Below are positions 21,101 to 30,176 of a stretch of 43,796 nucleotides of DNA, in pieces. The notes beneath the pieces were generated by a model. That model was given only the letters and a program-made list of their open reading frames with translations, did no database searches and was not told the DNA's origin. The position numbers and the translations under genes are program-made. The stretch's first letter is position 1, and every line of letters starts with the position of its first letter. Source of the stretch: Pseudomonadota bacterium (GTDB lineage Bacteria; Bdellovibrionota_G; JALEGL01; DATDPG01); assembly GCA_043809315.1 (NCBI GenBank), contig JAZDDX010000012.1, positions 1 through 43,796 on the forward strand, given 5' to 3'.

Positions 21101-23479
21101 GTGCCGAAAACGGTCGCGATTAGGAATTGGATCTGGGGTCTTTTGGGCCTTTTCCTGTTCTCGGCGCACGGGAGCTACGCACAAACGACCTCCGCGAAGG
21201 ACCCCCTTGCAGAGACCGCCCAACGATTAGCCCGAGAATACAACGTCACACTGGTGGGGAGTTGGAGTGGGGGGGACCTGGCAAACGCCAAGTACCTGAT
21301 CCGGATCTTTGAGCTGCTCGGCCGTCGTTCGAGCCCGATCGAGCTGGAGTACACGAACGAACTCTTTTATCCTCCGGTCCGCGGCGGCCGGGACAAAAAC
21401 ACACTGGTTCTTTCCCACGACGCGTTCGAATTACGTCCCCCGACCTCGGACGACACCCTGCCGCCGGGCTCGGGAGAAACGTACGTGACGTACCGTATGG
21501 ACCTCTTGAAGTCCCTGCTCGCGGAGTTGGCGGACGAAAAAGACCTCGCCCGAATTCTCAAGAAAAAATTCGGACTCAGCCTCGGCCCGCCGTCGAGCAC
21601 GCTCCAGCCCGAGATGTTCGGGACATTCACACGAGACGAGCTCCTCCCTCTCGTGCAGTTACTGCTCGACATTCACCCGGACCACACGCGGATCAAGAGC
21701 CTCGAACGGATCGTCCGCGCGGCTCCGGGAATCCGGGTGGAACATCCCAGGATGCCGGGAACCTTCGTGGCCGCTCAGTACGACGGCGCGCTCCGCGCGC
21801 TCGTCTTTTTCGACGACGCCTTCGGCGGCAAGTCGCCGTCGATCGATCACATCGTTGCGCATGAGTACGGCCATGCCGTTTGGGAAGGGTTGGGAGACGA
21901 TGTCAAAGAAGGCTACGCGCCAACCGCGGAGGAGATCCTAACTGACTACAGCATGGTTTCGAAGGAAGAGCTCTTCGCGGAACACTACGCCCTGTACATG
22001 GTCGAGCCGGACCGATTCAAGAAGACCGCCCTGAACCACTATCGTTTCTTCGAGCGGCGGGTGTTCAACGGGACCCGATATTTCAAAACCGTCGCGGATC
22101 AATACAAGGTCTATGTGGAGCAGAAGGGGGCCGCCGACACGCAGCCTCCGACATTCGAAGACGTGGAAGGGGCGATTCAGCTCGTCGATCGACCGGCCCG
22201 CACGGATTGGAATCGGACCGTAACCTTCACCCTTCTGTTCAAGACGGTGGCGGACGACTTAAGCGGAGTCGATCACGGGACGCTGTATTTTCAATCGGAA
22301 CAGGGAGACATCCAACAGAGCGGTCAGGGGTTTCGATATGACGTAGGCCGGCGGGGATATTTTGCCACGGCGTGGGTCGACCTTGCCCGGGCGAAAGCAA
22401 CGCGGCTTTACCTGACCGGATTCAGCCTCGTCGACGCCGCCGGGAATGAAAGAAGGTTCAGCTTCGACCCCGGCGCGCGAGCCAAACGACTGTCGATCGA
22501 TGTCCCGGGAACCTCCGAACGGGACACCCGCCCGGTGAAGATCGCGGTCGGTACGGCCGAGGATGTGCATCTCCGAGTTCTTCCGGATGATGGGGAGATG
22601 TCGGGCCATTTCGTCAAGGGGATGGCGACCGTGGTTGAGATCTCGTTTCCCATCAAAGTCGCTGGCGGACAGAAGATACCGAACGGGACGGCGTGCCTCC
22701 GGCACCCGAAGACCGAGCAGCGACTTTGCGCGCCGATTTTCGTGCACGATGAGCAGAAAACCCCGGGGCGCCTTATCGGGGAGTTCTTGGTGGATGCGTT
22801 CCGGCCGAGTGGAACATGGAAGCTCGAACGGATCGAGGTTCAGGACCGAAACGCGGCGGGCGGGAACACCGGGCTCGGGGTCGATGCGCTCAACATCTCG
22901 ATCAATATCCCGACCAAGTTGCCGGACAATGCCCCGGCCGAAATCGACCTGAAGGGGGTTCGTCCGCGAGTGGTTCAGGAAAATGGCGGCTCGGAAGCGG
23001 GGACGTCCATTGAGGTGGAGGTTCCCTATTCCAAAGCGAGCGGACAGACAAGGATCACGGTCTGGATCAACGATCCGAACGGAAAGAGTTTCTGCAGCTC
23101 GATATCGGCGCTCGATCGCCCGGCCAAGGACACAAAAACGGGGGCCGTCGTCAGCTATGAGTCCTGCGCAAGACACCGCATGCCCGAAATTCAAAGAGCC
23201 TATCAAGCGTTCATGGACGGTTCGTTCGAAGGCAAGGCCGACAGCCGATTCCAGTGGGTCACAGGGGAACAATCCGGAGTAGGGAAGGTTCGCGTGAAGC
23301 TCCCCCCCTATTTTACGGGAGGGGTCTACACGATCGAGTACATCTCGATCGAAGAGGAAGACGCCTTCACGGCCTCATCGATGGACTCCCCGCGATATTC
23401 CAAAGGGTACAGCCTCGTTCAGCGGAACATCCAGTACAAGATTTCGGTTCAGCGACCGCGCGAGGCGCCCAAGCACTAG
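21101..23479 (+). CDS. Secreted zinc metallopeptidase (HExxH plus downstream E) with C-terminal beta-sandwich repeats
   Basis: Signal peptide ending SYA-Q; AHEYGHAVW and YS..SKEELFAEHYALY (lethal-factor-like/gluzincin pattern); repeated Ig-like motifs (DDLSGV..., SLVDAAGN, GTWKLERIEVQD, GVYTIEYISI). Confidence 0.85.
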   Translation: MPKTVAIRNWIWGLLGLFLFSAHGSYAQTTSAKDPLAETAQRLAREYNVTLVGSWSGGDLANAKYLIRIFELLGRRSSPIELEYTNELFYPPVRGGRDKNTLVLSHDAFELRPPTSDDTLPPGSGETYVTYRMDLLKSLLAELADEKDLARILKKKFGLSLGPPSSTLQPEMFGTFTRDELLPLVQLLLDIHPDHTRIKSLERIVRAAPGIRVEHPRMPGTFVAAQYDGALRALVFFDDAFGGKSPSIDHIVAHEYGHAVWEGLGDDVKEGYAPTAEEILTDYSMVSKEELFAEHYALYMVEPDRFKKTALNHYRFFERRVFNGTRYFKTVADQYKVYVEQKGAADTQPPTFEDVEGAIQLVDRPARTDWNRTVTFTLLFKTVADDLSGVDHGTLYFQSEQGDIQQSGQGFRYDVGRRGYFATAWVDLARAKATRLYLTGFSLVDAAGNERRFSFDPGARAKRLSIDVPGTSERDTRPVKIAVGTAEDVHLRVLPDDGEMSGHFVKGMATVVEISFPIKVAGGQKIPNGTACLRHPKTEQRLCAPIFVHDEQKTPGRLIGEFLVDAFRPSGTWKLERIEVQDRNAAGGNTGLGVDALNISINIPTKLPDNAPAEIDLKGVRPRVVQENGGSEAGTSIEVEVPYSKASGQTRITVWINDPNGKSFCSSISALDRPAKDTKTGAVVSYESCARHRMPEIQRAYQAFMDGSFEGKADSRFQWVTGEQSGVGKVRVKLPPYFTGGVYTIEYISIEEEDAFTASSMDSPRYSKGYSLVQRNIQYKISVQRPREAPKH

Positions 23480-23691
23480 TCGGATTGGACGTAGGCAGCC
23501 TCGCCCCCCCGGCCATCGCGTGTAACCACGACAAAAACCAGATTGTGATCGGCCGGTGCGGTCTCCGCCGGGGTATATGCAGTCGCCGCGCCGGGGTCGG
23601 TGACTTTGAGCGAGAGGTCGCCGAAGGAGGTCGTACGTTTCGACAAGCCCGACGGCAAGTAAAGTCCCCATGCGGCTGGGGTATGTACCAT
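23476..23691 (-). pseudogene. Probable 3' remnant of a gene truncated at the islet boundary
   Basis: Protein-like C-terminus ...AYTPAETAPADHNLVFVVVTRDGRGGEAAYVQSD* whose stop overlaps the metalloprotease stop (CTAG). There is no room for an N-terminus before the repeat at 23715. Confidence 0.45.
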
Positions 23692-23714
23692 CGGGAGCTA
23701 TCGGTTGTCGACGC

Positions 23715-23742
23715 CGGCGCCGCGACCGAGGGGAACGCGTAA
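23715..23742 (+). repeat. Right copy of the 28-bp gyrA-tail repeat
   Basis: CGGCGCCGCGACCGAGGGGAACGCGTAA, encoding GAATEGNA* like the end of GyrA. Confidence 0.9.
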
Positions 23743-23747
23743 ATTCT

Positions 23748-26504
23748 TTAGAACCGGTACCCGCTGACCTGCATGAAGCCGTCGAAGTCGAGGTAGATCT
23801 TCATCCCGTCCTCGAGGGTGAGCGCGAATCGAGCAGGGCGGAAGGTGTCGCTCACCAGATCCAGCGCTTTCCCCTCCACCTGAACCGACTTGATCTTTCC
23901 CAGGGCGTTGCCGTTCAAGTCGAGGTTCGCGATGGGGGCTTCGCGGGTTCCGACCTTGGAGAGATCGCCCAGTTCGCTCACCGGCCCCTTCGGGGACTCC
24001 TGAATGGAAACTCGGACGGCCCCCCGGTTTTTCGTGAGGAAGACCAGGGCGTCTCCGTTGGCCATCTCCACGCTGACGACGTCGGTCGCTCCGTTTCGAG
24101 GGTAGCGCGTGACCCCGGCGAGTTCATCGCGAAGGCCGCCGAAGGCCTTTAACGCCTTCTCCCCTTTCCCGAAGAACGCAATCTCGTTGGTCGGGAGGTT
24201 AAAGAAATTGCTCAAGCGATTCCCGGCATGAACGGGGGTGTTTCTCAGGAAGATACCGTTGTCGGGGGTCAGGATGTTCAGTTCGACGAGCGTGTTTCCC
24301 TGGGTCGGGACTTCGACGAAGTTGGCATTCATCCGGGGTTTTCCCCAAACTTGGTGGGTTGTCGCGGTTGCGTAGTAGTCGTCGAGGGCGCGTGCGTTTT
24401 TCGCTTGCCGGCGGAGATATTTGGTCTTGCCGACGATCGCGTCGTCGAAGATGCGAGCAATCCGTTGGGGAGGAGCGAAGGCGGGGGTTCGAGTACCCTT
24501 CGAAAGGATCAGGTCGCCGATCTCGTAGTAATCAATTGCAGGGCCGAAGGAAAGCGGCTCCGGAGCCGGGTGGATGATCATGTTGTCCGGGAGGTTGGCG
24601 GGAACGTTCGCCGGTCGCGGACGGAGGAAGTCGTCATTCCGCCGGAGGAGCGAAGAACGATCGATTTCAAGGGATTTGAACTCATGGGTCAGTTTTTGAA
24701 GCTTGGCGAGGTCAGTCTTCTCGATGGTGAGTTTCGCGACCGCAGCACCATCGAAAGAGTTCGGAAGCTTGCCGCCATGATTTTTCTTGAGGATCATTTC
24801 AATCAGATCGAGGAACTCACGCTCGGCGGCATAAAACTTCGGTGCAAACGTCTTCGTCACATAGCCCTTAAACATCGAAATATCGGACAGATTCTCAAAC
24901 AGAAGCGTTTGGGTTTTGGTGACCCCCTTGATCTCCAGCCGGTTGATCTGCCTGAACGTGCCATCTTGGAGTCGGATTTCAACAACATCCGCGCGGTCTG
25001 CAATGCCCAGTTTGTGTCCCGAGTAGGTCGTCCCGTCTTTCAACTCGATCTTGAGCAGCTCACGAGGCCCGATGTCGTCGAGATATCCGGGCCATTCGAT
25101 CTTTGCTTTCTTGATCGCCGACTTCGAAAACGTTCTGGTTCCCCCAGTCTCCAGCTCAAGCGTGATCTCGTCTTGGGTGATTTTCACCCGACGACCGACA
25201 TAGGTGTTCATACTCCCGGAGGTCGGATCCTCGATCCCGATCGAGATCCGTTCGTCGGGATGGGCGCGGTCGATCTTCCCCTGCCAGGTGCTCGGCTCTT
25301 CGGTGACCGATGTCTTTTTCTTCCTTGTTTCGGCAACCGTTTTTGAAGGGCTCTTCGCCATCGCGAGATTCGTCACGACCGGCGAGACGGATGCAAGCCC
25401 CGATTTTGGCGCAACCGCCCCCGCAACCCCGACGAGTGACCCAGCCGGAAGCTGTTCGCCGGCGGTGGTCACCAGAACAGCACCGGATGGCGGGAGCTCC
25501 CCAGCCTGGCGAATCACCCGACCGATTTCGGCTAACTCCTTGGCAGTTCCCCGAACGAAAGAGACGCCCCCCTTTGCCGCGAAGGCAAAGAGGGCCCCCT
25601 TCACGGTAAGTTGTGTGACTTGCGTGGTCACCTCGTTGTAACGATCGTTCTTGAATGCCCCGTACGCGGCGCCGGCATGGTCGGCGATCTCGCCGGCCGG
25701 TTTGCAGACCATGAGATCGGTTCCCTGAACCCAGAGCCAGGCGAGCCGCTTGGTCGCGAGGTTGAGGCGATCGAGAGACTTCGGAAAGAAGTCGGGGGAT
25801 CGGTAATGTTTCCAGATCCCGGCAGCCCAATCGGGAATCGAGTCATCGTCTTCCATCGACGGCACGGTGGAAAGGCGGTCGAGGCTGCCCTGCGCCGAGC
25901 CGATGAGTTCGGGGGCGTGGGTGATCATCTGCCAGATTCCGCTGAACATGCTTCCGATCGTCTGGGCCGCCGTGACCCCGGCAAGCTCCACATTTTTCAG
26001 GAGAACGATCGGGAACGGTTTTTTCGGGTCGTAGTGGAGGATTTTGATCTCCCCCGCCGGCGTGAATTGGGCATAAGCAAGAACGCGACCCCAGAACGTG
26101 ACGTGGAGTCGAAGACGACCCGACTCGGCTTTGACCTGGATATCGCGAACGAGCGTCGTGTTTCGGCGATTGAATTCGTGGGAATCGAGATCGATCCGGG
26201 ACGAAGGCGACGCGTGGAAAAGGTCGATGTCGACAAAGTCATCCCCGTAGGTGACGTTACCGAGAGAGGTTGCACCACTCACGATCGAGGCTTTTCGTTC
26301 CCCCCGGCAGGCGGGGGAGAACTCCAACCCAACCGACTTCCCTTCAAAGGAAGGATGAAGGGGGCCGAGGTCGAGAACCGCGATCTTTTCGTATTTCACG
26401 ATTTGGGAAGGTTCCTCGCGGACGTGGATCGTTGCGCCGGAGTTCTGCGCCAGCGCGGGAACAGAGCCCAACAAGAGGACCGCAGCTATGGACCGAAAGT
26501 TCAT
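23748..26504 (-). CDS. Large secreted multidomain hypothetical protein, 918 aa
   Basis: Signal peptide MNFRSIAAVLLLGSVPALA-Q; central Ala/Gly-rich helical region; two Sm/SH3-like beta repeats; unrecognised C-terminal domain. Confidence 0.85.
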   Translation of the reverse strand: MNFRSIAAVLLLGSVPALAQNSGATIHVREEPSQIVKYEKIAVLDLGPLHPSFEGKSVGLEFSPACRGERKASIVSGATSLGNVTYGDDFVDIDLFHASPSSRIDLDSHEFNRRNTTLVRDIQVKAESGRLRLHVTFWGRVLAYAQFTPAGEIKILHYDPKKPFPIVLLKNVELAGVTAAQTIGSMFSGIWQMITHAPELIGSAQGSLDRLSTVPSMEDDDSIPDWAAGIWKHYRSPDFFPKSLDRLNLATKRLAWLWVQGTDLMVCKPAGEIADHAGAAYGAFKNDRYNEVTTQVTQLTVKGALFAFAAKGGVSFVRGTAKELAEIGRVIRQAGELPPSGAVLVTTAGEQLPAGSLVGVAGAVAPKSGLASVSPVVTNLAMAKSPSKTVAETRKKKTSVTEEPSTWQGKIDRAHPDERISIGIEDPTSGSMNTYVGRRVKITQDEITLELETGGTRTFSKSAIKKAKIEWPGYLDDIGPRELLKIELKDGTTYSGHKLGIADRADVVEIRLQDGTFRQINRLEIKGVTKTQTLLFENLSDISMFKGYVTKTFAPKFYAAEREFLDLIEMILKKNHGGKLPNSFDGAAVAKLTIEKTDLAKLQKLTHEFKSLEIDRSSLLRRNDDFLRPRPANVPANLPDNMIIHPAPEPLSFGPAIDYYEIGDLILSKGTRTPAFAPPQRIARIFDDAIVGKTKYLRRQAKNARALDDYYATATTHQVWGKPRMNANFVEVPTQGNTLVELNILTPDNGIFLRNTPVHAGNRLSNFFNLPTNEIAFFGKGEKALKAFGGLRDELAGVTRYPRNGATDVVSVEMANGDALVFLTKNRGAVRVSIQESPKGPVSELGDLSKVGTREAPIANLDLNGNALGKIKSVQVEGKALDLVSDTFRPARFALTLEDGMKIYLDFDGFMQVSGYRF

Positions 26505-26520
26505 CGGACGGCCCTAGTAC

Positions 26521-26536
26521 TGCAAACCTTGCGCCA
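26521..26536 (-). promoter_or_regulatory. Sigma54 promoter of the 918-aa gene
   Basis: Minus strand TGGCGC-AAGGT-TTGCA, 1 mismatch to consensus; adjacent IHF-like TTTCAATGGGTTG at 26552-26540. Confidence 0.75.
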
Positions 26537-26658
26537 AGGCAACCCATTGAAATCATTAAAGTGAAATTCTGGCCGGGTGGCAAAAAATGGGAACAAATGT
26601 CTCGGGCTTTGTCGAGTGGCCAACGGGGTGGAACTGCGGTAGGGAATCAATCTCTCGA

Positions 26659-27465
26659 ATGCGATTCCGGTCATTTTACTCAGGGGTTTTGCTCTCGGTG
26701 GTCCTGACCGGGGCATTCTCCTGCACCACCTCCGACTTCCGGTCGGCGGAGGAGATGCTCCGTCATCGGAAGTTCTATAACGCGATCGAATTGTACCTGT
26801 CGTTCGTGCGCGACCATCCGGATCACCGGCGTGCGACGGAGGCGCTGTTCCAGGTGGCGAACATCGAGCAGATGATGCTGAACGATCCCGCCAAAGCGCT
26901 GGTCACGTATCGAAAGTTGGTCAGCGCGTTCCCGGTCAGCGAATACACGATCCTCGCCCAGCGGCGGGTGGCCGATCTTCAGAAGAACCACTTCGCAAAC
27001 TTCCACCAGGCGATCGTCGAGTACGAAAAGCTGATCAAGATCGTGCCGAACCACGCCGATGCCCCGGCGTTCCAGTTGGAGGTCGCGCGCTGCTACACCC
27101 TTCTCCACAACTTCGATCAGGCGGCGATCGAGTATCAAACCCTTCTCAAGAAGCATCCAAACTACGATAAGCTGGACGAGGCGTACTTCGAGATGGCGAA
27201 CAATGCGTATATCGCCGGGAAGTATGATCGGGCGATCGCCGCGTACGAGGCGGTATCGGCGAAGTACCCGAAGTCGCTCTTGCGGGTACAGGCGATCTTC
27301 GGCGCGGCCTCCTCCTATGAGGAGATCGACGACATCGATAATGCCCGGCGTCGGTACAAGGAGATCGAAAAAGAGTATCCATCCCCGAAGGTCGTGGCGA
27401 TCCGGCTGGCGGGGCTTGAAAAACGGGAGAGGATGAGGAACAAGCCGGGGGTTCCGATCAAATAG
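26659..27465 (+). CDS. TPR-repeat lipoprotein (BamD/CpoB-like)
   Basis: Lipoprotein signal MRFRSFYSGVLLSVVLTGAFS-C; repeated A..Y..L...(Y/F)P TPR helices. Confidence 0.85.
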   Translation: MRFRSFYSGVLLSVVLTGAFSCTTSDFRSAEEMLRHRKFYNAIELYLSFVRDHPDHRRATEALFQVANIEQMMLNDPAKALVTYRKLVSAFPVSEYTILAQRRVADLQKNHFANFHQAIVEYEKLIKIVPNHADAPAFQLEVARCYTLLHNFDQAAIEYQTLLKKHPNYDKLDEAYFEMANNAYIAGKYDRAIAAYEAVSAKYPKSLLRVQAIFGAASSYEEIDDIDNARRRYKEIEKEYPSPKVVAIRLAGLEKRERMRNKPGVPIK

Positions 27466-27473
27466 GGAGGCAT

Positions 27474-28760
27474 ATGGGAAGCGGAAGTCTTTCGAGAGAG
27501 TTGTGGCTGGCGTCGCAAAAGCTGATGCCGGGCGGGGTGAACTCGCCGGTCCGGTCGTTTTCCGCCGTCGAGGGGGACCCGATCTTCATCGAGCGGGCGA
27601 AAGGCTCGAAGATCTTCGACGCCGACGGCCGCGAGTATCTCGACTACGTGATGAGTTGGGGGCCGCTGATCCTGGGACACGCCCACCCGGAGATCCTCGC
27701 GAAGATCCGCAAGGCCCTCGATCGCGGCACGTCGTTCGGCGCGCCGACCGGATTCGAACTCGAACTCGCCAAACTCGTGACCGACGCCTTCCCCTCGATC
27801 GAGATGATCCGTTTCGTGAATTCCGGGACCGAGGCGACGATGTCGGCGATCCGTCTCGCCCGCGGCGTGACGGACCGAAACAAGATCCTGAAGTTCGACG
27901 GCTGTTATCACGGGCACGCCGACTCGCTTCTCGTGCAGGCGGGATCCGGGGTCGCGACCCTCGGCATTCCGAGCTCGCAAGGAGTTCCTCTCGAACTGGC
28001 GGCGCTGACGGTGAGCGTCCCTTACAACGACCTCGACCAGACGAGGCGGGCGTTCGAAAAAGACCCGACCGGGTTCGCAGCGATCATCGTCGAGCCGGTG
28101 GCCGGAAACATGGGGGTGGTTCTCCCGGAGAACGGGTTCTTGAAAGGGTTGCGTGACCTGGCGACCGAGTACGGGGCGCTGCTCATTTTTGACGAAGTGA
28201 TGACCGGGTTCCGCCTGGCGATGGGCGGAGCGCAGGAGAAGTACGGGATCCAGGCGGATCTGACCTGTTTGGGGAAGATCATCGGTGGCGGCCTGCCGGT
28301 CGGTGCGTACGGCGGAAAGCGTGAGTACATGGAAAAGATCGCCCCGCTCGGAAAAGTCTACCAGGCCGGAACGCTCTCGGGGAACCCGATCTCGATGGCG
28401 GCTGGGATCAAGACCCTCAAGCTTCTGCGCGAGCCGGAGATGTACGAGAAACTCGGCTACCGGACCAGCTATCTGGCGGACGAACTGGTGAAGCGCGCCC
28501 AGAAAGCCGACATGCAAGTTACGGTGAACCGGGCCGGATCGATGCTGACCCTCTTCTTCCACAAAGGACCGGTCCGGAACTTCGCCGACGCGCAACAGTC
28601 CGATCGCGCGCGGTTCGTCCGGTACTTCCAGGGGATGCTGGAGGAGGGGATCTACCTGCCCCCTTCGCCGTACGAGGCGTGGTTCCTCTCGATGGCGCAC
28701 ACGACGGAGGATCTTGAGAAGACGCTCGTTGCGCACGAACGGGTGCTCAAGAAGCTGTAG
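27474..28760 (+). CDS. hemL: Glutamate-1-semialdehyde 2,1-aminomutase
   Basis: MPGGVNSPVR, SWGPLILGH, NSGTEATM, GCYHGH, FDEVMTGFR, GKIIGGG (PLP Lys), YQAGTLSGNP; GGAGG SD. Confidence 0.98.
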   Translation: MGSGSLSRELWLASQKLMPGGVNSPVRSFSAVEGDPIFIERAKGSKIFDADGREYLDYVMSWGPLILGHAHPEILAKIRKALDRGTSFGAPTGFELELAKLVTDAFPSIEMIRFVNSGTEATMSAIRLARGVTDRNKILKFDGCYHGHADSLLVQAGSGVATLGIPSSQGVPLELAALTVSVPYNDLDQTRRAFEKDPTGFAAIIVEPVAGNMGVVLPENGFLKGLRDLATEYGALLIFDEVMTGFRLAMGGAQEKYGIQADLTCLGKIIGGGLPVGAYGGKREYMEKIAPLGKVYQAGTLSGNPISMAAGIKTLKLLREPEMYEKLGYRTSYLADELVKRAQKADMQVTVNRAGSMLTLFFHKGPVRNFADAQQSDRARFVRYFQGMLEEGIYLPPSPYEAWFLSMAHTTEDLEKTLVAHERVLKKL

Positions 28761-28770
28761 TTTCAGAGTC

Positions 28771-28798
28771 TTGACTGGGGAGGTTTTTGCTGTAAAAC
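28771..28798 (+). promoter_or_regulatory. Possible sigma70 promoter of the atp F0 cluster
   Basis: TTGACT, 16-nt spacer, TAAAAC in the hemL-atpZ gap. Confidence 0.4.
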
Positions 28799-28825
28799 CA
28801 GCACCTTCGCTGGATCGGGCAATCT

Positions 28826-29068
28826 GTGGCCTCAAATTCATCACGGCACCGCCGGGGGTATCGGATGGCGGCTTTGGCCACCGAAGCCGTGCTTTCCCCC
28901 GCAGCCGGTGCCTGGTTTGGATTACAGCTCGATCGGCGATACGGGTGGTCCCCGTACGCGATGATCGCAGGGCTTGTTTTGGGGGGCGCGGTAGCGCTCA
29001 AGCTGTTCTTGGAAATGGGCCGATGGGACGAAGAGAAAGAGGACGATGAAAACGGACCCGCTTCATAA
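28826..29068 (+). CDS. AtpZ/AtpI (ATPase gene 1) family small membrane protein
   Basis: G.WFG.QLDRRYG.SP.AMIAGLVLG pattern; first gene of the atp cluster; start uncertain. Confidence 0.8.
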   Translation: MASNSSRHRRGYRMAALATEAVLSPAAGAWFGLQLDRRYGWSPYAMIAGLVLGGAVALKLFLEMGRWDEEKEDDENGPAS

Positions 29069-29417
29069 GATCGATCTCCTGAACGCCGCGGTGACGGTAG
29101 TCGCCACGGTCGTCGGGTTTTCGGTCTTCTCTGCGAAGGTCGGAGTCGGTCTTCTGTGCGGGGCGGGGTTGATGGCTCTCAATCTGTTTGTTCTCCGCCG
29201 CCTGGTCGGGGCGATCGTCAACGCCAGCCCGAAGGGGATGTTCGTGACGGTGAGCCTCCTGTTCTTGAAGCTCGGACTCTTTTTCACAGCCGTCTGGGCC
29301 GCCATGACCTATCTCCCGATCAACCCGTTCGCGTTCGGGCTCGGCGCCGCCGCGATCATCGTCACGATGGCGGTCACGGCGTCCCTCCAGAAGCAGACCC
29401 CGACGGGAGCAGGCTGA
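29046..29417 (+). CDS. atpI: ATP synthase protein I
   Basis: Four hydrophobic segments, G..LMALN, INPFAFGLG; directly upstream of atpB. Confidence 0.8.
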   Translation: MKTDPLHKIDLLNAAVTVVATVVGFSVFSAKVGVGLLCGAGLMALNLFVLRRLVGAIVNASPKGMFVTVSLLFLKLGLFFTAVWAAMTYLPINPFAFGLGAAAIIVTMAVTASLQKQTPTGAG

Positions 29418-30166
29418 TGGGGAAGAGCTACACCTTCTTCGAGGCGTTTCTTCCCGGCGTAACCGAGGAGAACCTCCACGTCGTTACCGCGACCTTCGTC
29501 GTTCTGTTTCTGTTCGTTGCTTCATTCCTGATCTACCCCAAGCTCCGGGACGCGAAGAAGAACGTCCTTCCTGAAAAGAAGTTCAGTCTTCGAACCGTCT
29601 TCGAAGTCCTGATCGAGATGATCGCCGGACTCTGCGACGACATTATCGGTCACGGTGGCCGGAAATATCTCCCGTTTACCGGCTCGATCTTCTTCTTCAT
29701 CTTCTTTTCCAACCTGATCGGCCTCGTCCCGGGATTCCTCCCCCCCACCGACAACTGGGTGACCGGCGCCGCGGTGGCGACGATCTCGTTTATCGCCTTC
29801 AACTATTTCGGTTTCCGGGAGAACGGGATCGGATATCTCAAACATTTCTTCGCCCCCGTTTCCCCCGGACCGATGAAGGGCGTTGTCCTTTGGGTCGTGA
29901 TCATGATCCCGATGATCGCCTTTCAAGCGATGTTCCTCGGGATCGAACTGTTGAGCACGGCGTTCCGGCCGATCACACTCTCCGTTCGTCTTTTTGCGAA
30001 CATGTTCGCCGACCACACCGTCCTCGGAATCTTTTCGGGGTTGGTGCCGTATCTCGTCCCGGTGCCGTTCTTGGTGCTCGGGATCTTCGTTTCGTTCGTT
30101 CAAGCTTTTATTTTCACGTTGCTCACGACGGTTTACATTTCAGGGGCGGTGGCCCAGGAACATTGA
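29417..30166 (+). CDS. atpB: ATP synthase F0 subunit a
   Basis: NLIGLVPGFLPPT, RPITLSVRLFANM (essential Arg), QAFIFTLLTTVY; ATG 29417 in a TGATG overlap. Confidence 0.97.
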   Translation: MGKSYTFFEAFLPGVTEENLHVVTATFVVLFLFVASFLIYPKLRDAKKNVLPEKKFSLRTVFEVLIEMIAGLCDDIIGHGGRKYLPFTGSIFFFIFFSNLIGLVPGFLPPTDNWVTGAAVATISFIAFNYFGFRENGIGYLKHFFAPVSPGPMKGVVLWVVIMIPMIAFQAMFLGIELLSTAFRPITLSVRLFANMFADHTVLGIFSGLVPYLVPVPFLVLGIFVSFVQAFIFTLLTTVYISGAVAQEH

Positions 30167-30176
30167 GAAAGGAGTC

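Larger units (their letters stand above)
20952..23742. mobile_element. About 2.8-kb integrase-less genomic islet bounded by duplicated gyrA tails
   Basis: Direct repeats at both ends; cargo is one secreted metalloprotease plus a truncated gene remnant; no recombinase encoded. Confidence 0.6.

Noticed and set aside
23254-23742. 162-aa plus-strand ORF ending in GAATEGNA as a gyrA paralog
   Set aside because: Only the last 8 residues match GyrA, via the DNA repeat; the rest overlaps the protease out of frame.
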